From: Takakia lepidozioides
Taxonomy: Eukaryota > Plantae > Bryophyta
NCBI GenBank assembly: GCA_030704615.1
Contig: CM060733.1
Coordinates: forward strand, 31,000,001-31,064,000
DNA: 64,000 bases
Direction of reading: 5' to 3'
Of the stretch, positions 1-14,100 are shown piece after piece (the stretch's first letter is position 1; every line of letters begins with the position of its first letter). The translations under genes and the position numbers were made by a program. The notes below the pieces were generated by a model. The model had not been told where the DNA came from. It searched no databases and saw only the letters and a list, made by a program, of their open reading frames with translations.

Positions 1-972
1 TAAAGCAGCAACTTCAAAATAAATATGAGATGAAGGATCTCAGTGAGATCACTAAGTACCTTGGCGTTGAGTTTGCTCGCACAGATCAAGGGATGCTAAT
101 GCATCAACGTATATGCTCAACAAATTCTGAAGGACCAAGGCATGGAAGATTGTAGGATGGAGCACACACCACTTCCCGATGGATTTGTAACTCAATCTGA
201 AACAGACTGCTCCGGTTGATATTATTGAGTATTGCCAATTGGTGGGGAAATTGTTGTTCTTAACTAACACTCGCGCAGACCTTTCATATGCTGTCAGATT
301 GGTAGATCGGTTTATGTCAAAACCGCAACAACAACATATGGAAGCAATATATCACATTTTACGCTATGTGAAGAAAACAATGGACTACGGCCTTTTCTTC
401 CAGTGCAGCCCCAATCTCACTCTTGCTGGTTATTCGGATGCTGATTATTTGGGTTGCTTAGAGACTCGGCGCTCTACTGGTGGTTATGTGTTCACAATGG
501 CTTCTGGGGCAATTTCATGGTAAAGCAAAAGGCAAGCCACCGTTTCAGACAACACTACAGAAGCCGAATATAAAGCTTTGTCTGAAGCCACAAAAGAAGC
601 AGTCTATCTTAGAAGGCTATTATAGGAATTAAAGGCCTTATCTACCACTGCAGTCTCACTCGAATGCAAAAATGTGCAAATCTAGTCGGATCTCTCCCCT
701 CCATTCCTACCCTGCAGGATCTTCACTTGAATTGCGACAATCAAGGTTCTATTAAATTGGCACTCAATCCCGTTTTTCACGCATGTACCAAGCACATAGA
801 AGTGGAACATCACTTTATAAGAGAACGAATACTAGAAGGCGAGGTGAAACTCAAACATGTTGCCAGCGACGAACAACATGCAGACATTTTTACTAAACCT
901 GTAGGCAGACAACTATTTGAGAAGCTTCGATCCTTATCTCATCTCTCTGTTGTTTCTGGTGCCTGGCTGTAG
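1..972 (+). mobile_element. Ty1/copia retrotransposon remnant (RT C-terminus and RNase H), degraded
   Basis: Translations contain VGKLLFLTNTRADLSYAV, GYSDADY..CLETRRSTGGY, CDNQGSIKLALNPVFHACTKHIEVEHHFIRE and QHADIFTKP, typical copia RT/RNase H motifs. Internal stops are present. A purine-rich tract (AGAAAGGGTG) follows the stop. Confidence 0.93.
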
Positions 973-1384
973 AAAGGGTGTTGTAAATGAGGACAACCAG
1001 GCTTACTATCTTTACTAGTTAGATTAGTTGTATCTGCGTAGGCTTATCAGTTTGGTCTTTATTGTTTATCCTGTAGTTAGCCTTGTCTGTTTTGTTTTGT
1101 GCCTTACATTCTAGGGATTAGATTCACTGTAGCTAGCTAGCTACGTCTGTCACAGGGCAGCGCACCCTCCCTTCAACCTCATGTATATCTTTGGGGTGTT
1201 ACTGGAGCCCTCACTATTCTCTCGGATTATGTTTTTCTCCTCCATTGGTCCACTGGTACTATAGTCTATTGGTAGAATAGACATTGGGTAGAATTTACAT
1301 AGAATTTACAGTTGAATTCTATTGGGTAGAATTTACATGTCGCCATGCCTACGATTTTGGAAAAGTGAAAAAAAAAACTCTGGT

Positions 1385-1900
1385 TGGTGAGACATTTTAA
1401 ATAGTGGTACTCTTGAATTGTGATAGGCTGGTACGTTGGTACTTTGATCATTGGTATGCTGGTGCATGGTGAGAATCAAGATTTCAACCCAGCCATTCTT
1501 TTAGTGGCGAATAATCGCCAGATTTCGACCTTAAAAAAACAAACGAATATTCTGTCGCAAATCCACTGATTTTTCATGGATGAAATAGACAAATTTCTCC
1601 AAATAAAAAATAAATTGTGGATGTATTCGCCAAATATGGATGAGGGTACATAGGTGGATGAATTACAGTGGATGAACACAATAAATGGCTATTTCCTGCA
1701 AAACTCTGTAGCCACTTGTGTTCCAAATTCCTTAAAAAAAACACTGCTTCAACCATGTTCTTAGTGGAACTTGGTACATTGGTACATGATGATTGGCATG
1801 GTGAGACCTTTTAAAGAGTGGTACTCTTGAATTGTGGTAGGCTGGTAGGTTGGTACCATTGATGATCGGTACGTGCATGGTGAGATTCAAGACCTCTTCA
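1385..1900. repeat. Imperfect ~100-bp direct repeat (about 1385-1487 and 1799-1900), probably TE-derived
   Basis: GGTGAGAC..TTTTAAA.AGTGGTACTCTTGAATTGTG.TAGGCTGGTA.GTTGGTAC...GTGCATGGTGAGA.TCAAGA occurs twice. Confidence 0.65.
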
Positions 1901-4085
1901 ATAGTGGTATATCGTCCATTGGTACATGATGAGTAGGCCCATCTTTAGGTCGACCTTTTACACCCCCTTGTACCTTTTGACGATTTAAAATCTCACACTG
2001 CTAGGTGACCGGCCCAAGCATTCGCAGGTGACTGGCTCAATGGGGCTGACCTATTGGGCTATGTCCTGTTTCGGTCATGTTTCACCCCACTACTGGCTGT
2101 AGCAAGGCCTGCCCGACCACAGCCTGTAGCAGGGCTCGCCGTGACCAATACCTAGTCCATAGTGCGCACTGGTGTCCAAAATACTTGAAACTAATACAGC
2201 GGCTCTTGGGGATTGGGATCTGAGAAAAACCTAAGAGACGAGATCAAATCAAGTGCTTTACTCAAGGATTGCTAAAAAAAGGGAAGACTTGGTGTGGAAA
2301 GATGCAATGTTTGTGGGGGCAATTGCATTACTCTACATAGTGTACGCTGCCATCACGAAAGAGCTTTGTGTCAGAGATAGTTAGCTCTTTGAAAAGTTGA
2401 TGACTAGTTGCAGATAGTTGGTGGCCCAGACAACTAGGAGGTATGGCACTAATTTCAAGTGCGAAGGACGAGACGTTCTCTGCTTTGCCGACTGGGGTTC
2501 CTGCTCCCTGGCCATTTTCGTCCTTTCCTTCTTGCACTTGAGCAGGTAGCCGAGTGGTTGGGTGTTTGTGCCTTGCCTGTGCATAACCTAGGTGATGGGT
2601 TCAATCCTTCAACATGTGCCTTCAGACTGTCCATTGTCCATTGGGCCCTCGATGGCCTGTGTGTTGAGCAGTAGGCTCTGTAAATTCTGGACGTTAAAGA
2701 ATCTTTATCTTTATCTTTATCTTCTTGCACAACTTACTCTTTTTATCACACTGCATCCGGTTTATCACTCCCACAAAATATATAACATTGACAAAACTGT
2801 GATACAATCAGGGGCCTGAAATAAGGGAAAGACATTAGCAGTGGCCTGAAGAAGCAAACTATCACTTCAAGAGACACTGTAGGTGGGACAGCTGTGAGTC
2901 TATTCGAACAGGCACGAGACCGTTCAGACGAAGTAGATTTTTCCATGTACTTTTTAAATGTTTTTAAACGTTCCAACTGCATTTACACGTACGTCTTACA
3001 ACATGGCCCACCTTCTCACTTAGAAACTAGTAAACCAATTCGCCGACCTGTAGATTATTTACAAAGCGTAGGGGTCAAGACACTGCAGCATGCAGGAAGG
3101 GCCATGTAGAATTGGCTGTCTACGTGCCTATACATAATTGGTCCATAGTTAGGCTCAGTCTGGTGGTAACTTTTGTAAACTGCACCCTTGGATCTAGAAT
3201 TTGTTATGACCAGACTCACTATTGTAGTACATTCCATATCCACACTTGAGAGATTGAGTAATACATCTCATTATCAACGGGTCAACTTTTGGATGTAAGT
3301 CATTTTGACCCCCCCTCAAACACATACAAAGGACCCTAATAAAGACAATTGTTGTTTGACTTGAAATTCTCGCTAGTAGGCTAGGATACCATACCACATT
3401 CCTATGTGGGAGAGAGAAGCAAGAAACATCGGGGCGATCACTCAAATAGCTTGGTCAAAGCTCAAATTTCATACTTTGCAAAATCCAAAATACCAGAAAA
3501 AACCCCTACTAAAACATCTCTCTAATTGAATTGTGAATTCTCCTTTAGTTGATGTACATGGTAACCAAGGTGAATCTGGTAAGGTTCAATTTTTGGATGT
3601 AACAAGGTAGGTGTGTGGCCTCAATTAACTTGCCAAATGTCACTTTTTCAGGGGCTGAAATTTGCCCAATGGCGGGCCCTTAAGGGTTAAGCTGGAGTAG
3701 GGAATTATGGCCCAATCTACAGCTTCTGGGGTGTTGCAAGATATATATATATATATCTCCTTAAATCTAAGATGCTAACAGTTCATTCCAAGCATTATTC
3801 ACTAGAGGAACTGTGAAGAGCTGGGACCAGGAGGACAAGTAGTTTAAAGACACTTCTTGAGAGGTCTGGACTTCACCAAAATTGGAATGGAGGTATCCAT
3901 CTAGTATATTACTCGATTTTCTTGATGAATGAGCTCAGGGAGCATCAAAATAGAAAGGTGTAACTAATCCTGTGTGCTGGCTTCACTGTTGGGATTAATT
4001 CAATAGTCTCCAAATCTGAGCTAACAGTAACTAAAACATTGGCACTGCCACTGGCTTTAAGACCGTTTTTGTAACACAAAAGAGC

Positions 4086-7000
4086 TCAAATCTCTTTCTC
4101 GGCTGTTGTCAACTTTGCCTCTGAGGGTAGTGTTGAAAAAAGATAGCGAAGGAGAAGCCCCACTACTGCCACACTTAGACTGTTCCCAAGCAATGCATAC
4201 CTGATCCATCATGAACAGCAGACAGGCAGATTCTCTTGAGAACATGCATCACATCGGAGCAATGGTTCCAGAACCCCAAAGCAATGAGTACATTAGGTTT
4301 TCGACAATGACTCAAAAGTCGTGGACAACGGAACAAATCAGAACACATACCTTTGCCTCAAGCTCACATGCTGAGGGAAACTGAAATTTGATGGAAATGA
4401 GTGCAAGTTGGCTACCTGCATTTTTACATGCTTCCAGAAGTCAACAAAGTAACATTTAGACAACTGATATACACACACGTGCACCCATTTGACTTCGCTT
4501 TCTGAAGCAGGGAATTTGGGAGAGTGCTGAGGGGCACAGACAAGATGACGGTCTCTACGATCGATGAAGGCTTGCTCCAGTAGTAAAACCTACAATGGAT
4601 TCTGGCCTCCAAGGTTGCCTCCAGAAATTCTCTCTAATCCTTAAGGGCTCTTTTTCCTTTCAAAGTTACAAAGATCAATCTCTACCTTAAAGGGCCACAA
4701 ATAGCAGAGAACATTTGTAGCCTGCTTGAATCTCAACGGCGTTAGCTTCTTTGCTAATGGGAATTTACCTCTCGAGGAGTGAAGTAACGAAGCCCAAGAT
4801 CAGTGAGGGGCACCATCTTGTACAAGTCAGGGGTTGGTCTTTTCCCTTGTTGATGAAGCAAGTTTTCAAGCTCTCCTTGCTCCGAAACATTCTGAGCTCA
4901 CAAATCAAATTTTGCAATGAACTACTCTGTTCAAGCAAGAGGAAACTTTAAACCAGAGTCTGCACTCCAAGCATGCATGAGGTCATATTGGCAAGCACTA
5001 TATGAAGTCCCTGAGTTCCTATCCATTACTGCCCCACTTCTCGCTTCCATAACCTCTTTCCCTAAGTCTAGGGTTCTGTACCTTGGTTGCTAGACAGGAG
5101 CCAGTACCCTTGGCATATCGCCCATAGCTTTTTGTAAAGCAGCAACATCGTCTTGAGTCACCTGTTACAATGTCTAAAATGCGAATGAAGGGCATTGTCA
5201 TCTTGCATATAGACCCCATATACACTTAAGGCAACCAGTAACAACAAACAACTCAGACACGACTTTGCACTCTCACTCGATCTTCTGCATGTTCTTAAAA
5301 TGGGAAGAAGGATACCAAAAACATCACCCCAGCGCTCAACCACGTTAGCGGGCAGCTTATACAGCTCCCACTTGTCAGCAGGCCCTGCTGGCAAGGAGGA
5401 AAATTCTCCTTGAGTCTCCATGTCTCCTTCGATACTTCCGCATCCAAGTCCAGTAGGTTTCTTAAGTAAAGGAGGAACATCTAGCGCACAGGGATCCATT
5501 TCTAGATAATCACTCAAAGGTCTACAGCAAACTGCTGGATCTAATTCAGGCTCATTCATCTTCACCAAAGAAAGCTTTTGCTGTGAAGCGATTGCCATAT
5601 TTGAAAACTCTGAATCACTGCTTGTCTGATCATTTGAGGAGTCTGGATCAGCAATCTTGCGGTTCTCTTTGTTTGGTTTGCCGGTAGGAAGATGACTCGG
5701 TGATTGTATGAGGTCTACAAGAGGCCCTGGTTGACAAAGCAAATGCCCATTCAAATCTGGCTGCCCAAAGGCCAGGTGCTTCATCTTCGCCTGCATAGAA
5801 AGCCATGTTCCGACCACTGTATTGAACTGTTACGGATGCAGTGTTGAAGGCATCTTACAAAACTGCAGACTAATCAGAAGTCCAAGCAATACTACCATCT
5901 AAGATCCTTGAAAGTGCCAGTGATGCCCCTCATTGGCTCCTTTAGTTTCAACTTTCCTAGTTAGCAAGCTTATGACCAGAAACAAAAATGATTATACAAC
6001 CACAAAGACATGACAACCGGGATCAAACAACCGTACTTGACAAACAAACAGTTCTAATACAGCACATTCATATTACTCCATCACAGCTGATACTGTACCT
6101 ACCAAGCAGAAATACCGCGGGCGTGAATATGGGATGCCGAACTGCAGTGGACTGAGGATGAACTCCTGAGTGACAAAGCCCGCATCTTTAAGCATTGCCA
6201 TCAATTGGCTGTGGGTGACTGAGCTCTGCGTACACAACAGCATGCCCTACTTTAGCCTGCAACGTGAAACTCTTTCTCTCCCTCTCTTTCACACACATAC
6301 ACACAGGGTTGTGACAGCATAATTTCAGATTAAATGCTGTTTTTGTACCCGTAACCTCATTCTCAAGGGTTGAGAGTGTCAGAGAAAGAGACAGGGAGTT
6401 CAAAGAGGCCAGTAGTCGCAGATATATATCCAGTAAATGGAGACAGAAAGAACAGAAAGCACCCAACCTCAAAACCCACTACATTCTCCACAAATATATT
6501 AGTGGGCGGTGAAATCATTTGGGGGAGCATTGCCAGTATCTGAAGAAAAGAAAAAGCACGCGCATCTTCAGCATCCTTGCGTAAGCCTGCAGCCTTCACC
6601 ATGCCCAATCAGAAGATGCTTGTGAGACACTTGTCTTTGATGTCAACAGAATTTGGGAGGTTTAGGTGTAAGAGCAGAACTTTATTTCGTGGTAACATTG
6701 GACTGTTTCAAGAATAAGAAAACAAAGTAGGCATGACAGTTCAGGTCAAACTTAGCGCCTGTCCTTCCATGACATAAGGGTTTTACAGGGTGGGTAGGAT
6801 CCAGCCTCAAGGCTTGCAACTCTGACACTTACCAGGGCATTGCCACCTGCAAACATCTTATCACCTGCTCCTATAAGTGTAACACAATCTCTCAATGCTA
6901 ACTGTTGAATCATCTCCAACAGGACACCCAGCAATCCACAAGTCCATTCCATTTCACACTTTGCATAATAGACCCATTTGCAGAAAAACACAATGCTATA

Positions 7001-7882
7001 AACTCTCCAACAGCAAAGAAAACATGAAGACAAAAAGAAGTAATGAAAGAGGAAGAATGAGCTACAAGTGAAGTTCATTTCTCCACCATAATGTATGCGC
7101 TTCTATGTTGGCTCCCAGTTGGGTGCATGTGGAACTGCCATAGTCCTCTCCCAACCACCCATATGACATTTGCAAGAGCTGGGGAGGCTGGAATACACAC
7201 GTGACTTTGTTCGGAGGAAAGAAAGAAGGAGGGAATTACCTTGCCGGGTGTAAGGTTGGCATGGTGGAGAAAGGAGCCATGTGCTAGCCTTGTAATTGTC
7301 CAATTGTTGCACCGTCAATCGTTGTATATTTCCCTGCAGAAGGAACTTGTGAATGGAAATTCAGAAATCCAAACGTACTTCACGAAAACTATCTGCCAAG
7401 ATAAACACTTGAAAACAAACTCGGAAATTTTTAGGACGAAGTCAATCAGAAATGACTATTGATTCTGTCCCTCATCCTACATCCAATTTGCTTACTCAAA
7501 TTATCCTCTGCAGGGGGTTTCTCGGTTCAATGCACCAAGCTTGTATAGTCAGGCCCAATCTGCCCTTGTACGACCGCTCATAGAAGAAAGCAAATACGGT
7601 GTCACAGCTGCCATATGTACCTGATTCGGACGATGTCCAAAATTGTGTTCATAAACATCGTTGGCAATCTCATTGATTTCAAAGGCCTCGACCACCATTG
7701 CTTCCACACCTGCGTCCTTCAACGAAAATCTCTGCAACAACACACGGACGAAGTTCTTAAAATCTGCTCACAAGTATGTGAAAAATGAGCGCATGCGAAA
7801 GGAAAGGAGAGGAGAGAGGGTTTGACAGTACCAGGCCTCCGATCCCGCTGTAAAACTCAAGGACACGCACCTCCTCCGCCAT
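4086..7882 (-). CDS. DNMT2: tRNA (cytosine-38-C5) methyltransferase DNMT2/TRDMT1, multi-exon
   Basis: GT-AG exons give [17 protein letters not shown] (7882-7832), [39 protein letters not shown] (motif IV), [10 protein letters not shown] (VI), [19 protein letters not shown] (VIII), the DNMT2-diagnostic [33 protein letters not shown] and [13 protein letters not shown] (X). TGA stop at 4088-4086. Confidence 0.95.
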
Positions 7883-8158
7883 GGCCACGGCTCGCAAACA
7901 CAGAATTGTCTATCATAGAGGTTTAGGGTTTGGGATCGGATCGCCACGGCTAAACCTGCAAAGGGTTTAGCCAGTTTTGCGGGAAAAGAATTCCATGACA
8001 AAGAAAACAAAAAGTGCTTCTTGCACATATTAGGGTTTCTCTATCTCCATCTCTCTCTCTCTCCCTACTTCTCTCCGATCTCTCTCTGCCCAATCTCTGG
8101 TCCGTGTCTCTTTCTTACAAATCCGAAGGATGGTGTCTGGCCGAGAGGATAATTCATT
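7883..8158. promoter_or_regulatory. Putative bidirectional promoter between DNMT2 and the E1 gene, with two telo-boxes and a CT-rich tract
   Basis: Only 276 bp separate the divergent ATGs. TAGGGTTT (reverse of the AAACCCTA telo-box) at 7924-7931 and 8031-8038; (CT)n at ~8040-8100. Confidence 0.65.
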
Positions 8159-11100
8159 ATGGTAACCATGGACGTGGACAATGCTCCAGACGGTTTGCAG
8201 AGCGTGGCTACCGTCTCTGCGGAGATGGACGAGGTTCGATACTCTCGTCTTATCTACACGCAGGGCAGGGAAGCTGTCAACACCCTCCACCAGAGTCGTG
8301 TTCTAGTGGTGGGGTGTAAGGCTGTGGGCGCTGAAGTGGCGAAAAATCTGGTACTGTCAGGCGTTCGAGGACTAGGGCTAGTGGATGACGAAGTTGTGAC
8401 CATAGCTGATCTGGGTGCACAATGTTTACTGAGGGAGGCCGATGTTGGCCGAACCCGTGCGGCTGCGACTTGCCACAGATTAAAAGAGATGAACCCCTTA
8501 GTGGAGATCGAGTCGCTGTCCAGCCTTGTCTTGGAGGGCGCTCTAGGAAGCTACGGTGCCGTTGTAGCCACAGCGGGCACTATGTCATATTTGGTCCAGT
8601 TGAATTTCCTTTGTCGTTCTCTTGAAATTCCCTTTGTTGCAGCAATCTGTCGGGGGGTTTTCTTTTTTGTGTTTGCGGATTTTGGGGAGAGTTTCTCGGT
8701 TGTGGATGCAACTGGAGAGCCTGCTGGATCCATTCTCGTGGAGGGTATTACTCAGGACTTCCCAGCAACGATCACTGTGGTTGATGAACAAAGGCACGGC
8801 CTCCAAGATGGAGATGAGGTGGTTTTTAGTGGGATCAAGGGGATGGAAAATTTGAACCGGGTGGCTCCATATACGGTGACAGTTACAGGGGTGAATTCTT
8901 TCACCATACCCGAGGACACACGAAGCTTGGGGCAGTACCGCTCGGGAGGTTATTTTCAGAAGCTGAGGCCGGTCAAAATCGTCGAGTTTCTGTCTCTACA
9001 GAAGGCTCTCGGCTCTCCAAAATTCTGCATCAGTGACCCTACTAAGGCATCCCAAACTCCCCATCTCCATGTTGCCTTTCAAGCTGTTGATGAATTTGAG
9101 AGGCGGCATAATGCGGGAACTTCAATATCACCTGGATCATATGTTATCGGAGAGCAGGAATTTGAGGAGGTTTTAGCATTGGCACGTGAAATATGGGACC
9201 ACTCTGGATTTGGTCATGTTGACAAGGGGTGTAGTAATGGCAGCTTTGTCACTGATGAGGCTACTGAAGGAGTCGGAGAGGGTGCAACTGATGCATCTTT
9301 GCCTGATGTTGTGGACAGAGGTGTGAGCGATGCCGATAGAGCAGGTTGCAGTGGTGAGAGTAATAGTGCTGGTGTGACAGGGGATAGTGGGGTGAGCATG
9401 ACAGGTTCACCAGCAGGACCATGCCGAAAAAGAGCAGGAATAGATGAGCATATTGTGCACCTGCTCACCCAAGGTTCACATGTGGAACTGTGTCCTGTGG
9501 CTGCTGTTGCAGGAGGTATTGCTGCCCAAGAAGTCATGAAGGTTGTCTATCTTTTTCCTTCCCAGGCATCTGCTCAACATTTCTCGGAGGAGCATTCCTG
9601 TTTGTTTCCCCCATTTTCTTGAAGTCTGTTTACAGCTGCTCTCTTGCTTACTTCACCAGTGGGCTCAATTTCTTTGTTCACAGTGGCATAGGCCTCGGTT
9701 CAAGATTTTTTGATGAGATGTGTCCTGGGGGAAGCATTGAGATTGTGAGGATCCTACTTTCATGCTTTCTCTGTGTTCCTACGTCTGAAAGGGTCAGTGT
9801 TGACAAGGCCAGGACCATCTATCATCTCGCAATGGTTGGCAATGATCTGTTGTGTGGTTCTGCGTTGGAGTATTTTCACCGAGGAACTGTAGTAGTCTGG
9901 TGCGACCAGAGTCTATTCGAATGCCCTCATGGAATGCTGGCAGAAGCCAGCCAACATAGTTTATGTCATGGTCTCTCTGCCTCAGTGTGTTATTTCATCA
10001 TGTTGTCCTAATCTTAGCAGGTGGCTGGCAGGCATTAACCAGGGTATACACCCCCCTGCAGCAATGGCTCTACTTCGATGCAATAGAGTGTCTTCCCACT
10101 CTCTCTCCTTCCCCTGAAGATAGGGCTCCTTGTGGATCTCGATATGACCTTCAAGTCTCTATATTTGGCAGAGACTTCCAAGAAAAGCTCGGTGGCCTAC
10201 AGGTACTGTCACCCTTCAAATCCATCTAGGGTCTTTTTTTCAGAGAGTTCGTTTTTGCTTCGATCTACATTCTACCTTGTCAATGGTCTGTTTCTCGGCC
10301 TTAAGAGTTCAGTGGATTCTTGGTTTGTCCTGAATTTTGACAGTCCTATCTATTATTGTGATTACTGGTGTCCTGATGGAAGCGTTGGTACACCTCAAGC
10401 ATGTGAGCAAGTATTTACTCATTAATTTTTCCCTGGAATCATTGTTTGTGATGCATCTTTGAGATTATATCATCCATGTGGTACTAACCCTTGTGGAGCT
10501 GGTCATTGGCTTTGAGGCCCCCAGGGTAGGTAAGGTCCAACCCAAATTGTTGTGTGGGATGGCAACCACACTGCTCACACCTGCAAGGTGCAGGGGGATG
10601 AACTTGCAGGGGGATGGACTGGAGGATGTAGTGGCTGTGTATTGTGAATCCAATTGCGCTAGTGTACTTCTCTCTCTTCATCCATCTTGTCACATGTCTG
10701 TTGCAGTCTCTCTTTGATAGAAAGCAGGTTCAAATTGAATGTCATTGGGCATCTGTGTGCAGTGGCTTGTGGTAGGGGCAGGTGGAATAGGTTCAGAGGT
10801 TTTGAAAAATACGGTGCTGATGGGTGTGGGCTGTAGCCCTAATGGTGGCATCACTGTCACGGACATGGATGTAGTGTCGAAGCCCAACTTGACTGATCAA
10901 CTTCTTTATCAGCTTGAGGATGTCAATCGACCAAAGACCCCAACAGCTGCCCGAGCCTTGCGGGCCATAAATCCAGCTGCCCAGATTCATGCTCTCCAGG
11001 TGTTTGATCTCTTTCTTCTGTTTGATCCTTCTACTGTCAAAACTGGGTTAGGGTCTATGGAACGTCATATCATGTGAATGTCTCCCTATCGCTGTCCATT

Positions 11101-14100
11101 TGCATGCCCAATAGCGCAGCTTGCTGGCAGATACATGAGAAGTGTTCTGGTAATGTAGCCAAAGGCTGGTGGCTGCAAGATCAGTTTCTGGTATCTTTCA
11201 AGCACGGTTTTCGGTTGCTGTGCTTCCATTCCAGAGAGGGACAGAGATGCATTTCTGCAAACACGGACCATGGCATGTATGCATGCAGCTTTGTGCTTTT
11301 CTTCTGAAGAAGCACCTTGGATTTGCAGGAGAGATTTGACCCCGAAACAGAAAACATTTTTAATTCCTCATTTTTCAACTCAATCTCAGGTATGCAACAG
11401 CATCCCTGTTTTACTTGTTGAATTTTCCTTTCTCGTGTTCTCTAAGCCTATTAATATCCTTTAAATCATGAGAAGACTCCCTAAGTTGGGCTGCTGAAAG
11501 AGCGTCAAACTTGGTGAGAACAGGTGTGTTCTCAGCTGTGGATACTTCATCATCTAGGCTTTACCTGGACATGCGGTGTGTTGCGTACCGTACACCCATG
11601 ATTGATGGTGGCAAGCATGGCACCAAAGGTAGTGTACAGGTGAGGGTCTTCTCTCTCTTATCTAAGGCTTGCACCCCCTTTTCACTAATGTGTGCATGTA
11701 TAGAAGCGGATCATGTGTATTGACACCTGTTGGAAGGATGGTTACCCCAAATGTGCATGAGCATAGGTAGTGGGCTTAGTACAGTCGTATCTTGGAAGTT
11801 GTCATGAGTCGGACCTTGGTGAATTACTGAATAATACGTACATTGACACCTCATTGAGATACTGACCCTTTGCATGGATGAATTCATGACTGGTACAGTA
11901 AGGTGAAGCTGTGCCTTGTATGGTCTAAGATGGGTGATCCTTGTCATGCATCTTGTCTGATGAGCATAGGGTAAAATGCAGATGAGGAGGAGTAACAAAG
12001 GTTGGGGGAACAGGATGGGAGGGAAAGTGCTTTCAATGTCCATGATAGATGATGTCGGATGGGAAAAGGCAGGTGTTTGTTCCATTTCAGTCTGAGATGT
12101 ATGCGTCCACAAGAGACCCTCCAGAGCACAAGGAAGTTCCGATCTGCACACTCAAAAACTTCCCTTACGCAACTGAGCATACACTAAGATGGGCAGTGGA
12201 CACGTTTGAGGCGCTCTTCAAGCAAAGACCTGTTGACGTTAATGCCTATTTGTCGAGTCGTGACTTCCAGGACTCAATTCGCAAGTCCCCTCCCTCGTTA
12301 CGCCTTCCGATATTGGAAACTCTTCGTGATGCGCTCTTGCGACATAGACCTCTAAGGTATCTGTAATCCCTTTTGCATAAGCTGCCGGGTGCAAGTGTTT
12401 TTGTCACGTGAAGCCTGATCTCATTGGTGCCCCTTAACCTTTCTAGCAACCAAACCCTTCCCTTGAAAACATAGTTGTCTTCGGATACTAAGCTTCCCAA
12501 AGCCTTGAGACTCAACTGAAAATGACACAGTCTTTGCACAGCAAGGTGAATCCATTTACAGGTTTATTGAGTCTTGAATCAAGGGCTACCACGGATATAA
12601 TCTGGAATGGTACTGTGGATCTGAGCACTGTTTGTACATGACCCACCTGACCGAAGAAGTAACTTGTTAACTATCCAGGGAGAGGAGAGACTTGAGCGAG
12701 AGAATGCCTATGTTACACTTGTTTGATCTATCCCTGGAGTGAACAAGACTGTTGAAAGATCAGGGGCAAAATGGTCCATTGTTTGTCATTTTCAACGTAG
12801 TATTGCTCATGAAAGACTGAACAAGACTTCTGTACAATTTGCATACTTTCATATACCTCTTTCTTGGAATGATCTCCAGTAGTCACATGAAGCTTGCTGG
12901 GGTACTGGGAGGAGGCTGATGAAATGGGGGCTATGCGGCCTAGTTTTGAGGCATGTGTGCAGTGGGGCCGCTTGCAATTTGAGGACCTGTTTTCAAATAG
13001 CATCAAGCAGGTACAGGTCATTTTATCCTCTCTCAGTGGAAACCCTTGAAGCTTGAATTTATGCACCAGTGATGCTCCAGGGCTTGACTCCCTCATACGA
13101 TGGTTGTTTCCGTTGTCTTCGTGAATGAGATAGAAGGACCAACAAAATGAGAACAGGAATATGACTACTAAGTTTTTGCGGTATCTCCACAAATGAGCTA
13201 ATAGGCTCATGTGTTGAGATCATGGCTCCTGGGTTGAGGTAGCCTTTCAGGTAGAGAGGATCTCATCCATGGTTTGGCGCCATGTGGTGATTGTGTTATG
13301 CGATTCAATGTCATAGAGAGAGTCTCAAGCGCTTTTGGTAGCATGGAGAAAGAGAGTGTACTCATGAGATATTGTTTGCTGGAGCCTTGTGGCCATAGGC
13401 CACACCCAGTTTGGGCAGCACTTTGTAAGGGACTCACTCCAGCATGAGAGAAAGAAGGAAAATGAAATGTACTCGCAAGACGTTTGTTGTAGCCTTTTGG
13501 CCGTAGACCCTGAGCCGAGTTTAGGTGGAACAAAGGGGAACAGACACCACCTTTATGAGGGGCTCCCTCCATTAGTGGGACTTTCCTAGACATAAACAAT
13601 GACTTCAGGCTTTCCTAATTTCCTCTAGAAAGCCCTTCACACAAGGATCCATCTGCTGTGTGTGAGCTGCCTAGCAATTAGACCCCTACAGGGTCAGGGC
13701 TTTAGGCTCAGCCTCGAGATTTTGAAAGTTGATGAACAGAGGTGCAGGGACAATGTTCTTGATGGTTCTGAAGTGGGTCGGTCTCTGATGAGAATACCCT
13801 GGACAGTGAATCAGAAAATGGTAGCATCTTAAGGCCGCCCACACATTGGGCATTGAAAATCTCTGTCCACTCTGCATTTGTTCATTGTTCAAAGGTAGAC
13901 TCCCCGCCCTGAGTTTTAATTCACTCTAGTGCTGAGGGTGTGACCCTTCACCTCATCCTTAAGGTCCTCACCCATGGCACAAGTTCAGGGCAGTGTTATG
14001 CCAACTTCATTGAGAGAGAGAGAGATAAAAGCTTTTAGTGAGAATCTCTCTGTTACTTTCTGACTAGTAGATTGGCCACAAGGCTATGGCAAACAACGTC

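Noticed and set aside
2088-2164. Tiny CACTA...TAGTG element
   Set aside because: The terminal match is only about 5-8 bp and there is no 3-bp TSD.
4086-7882. Idea that the TE methyltransferase was captured from the neighbouring DNMT2 gene
   Set aside because: The motifs differ (FYSGIGG/PPCQPY/CFTKSY versus LFGGIST/WPCQGH/RLWWTNL, no CFT). The proximity looks coincidental.
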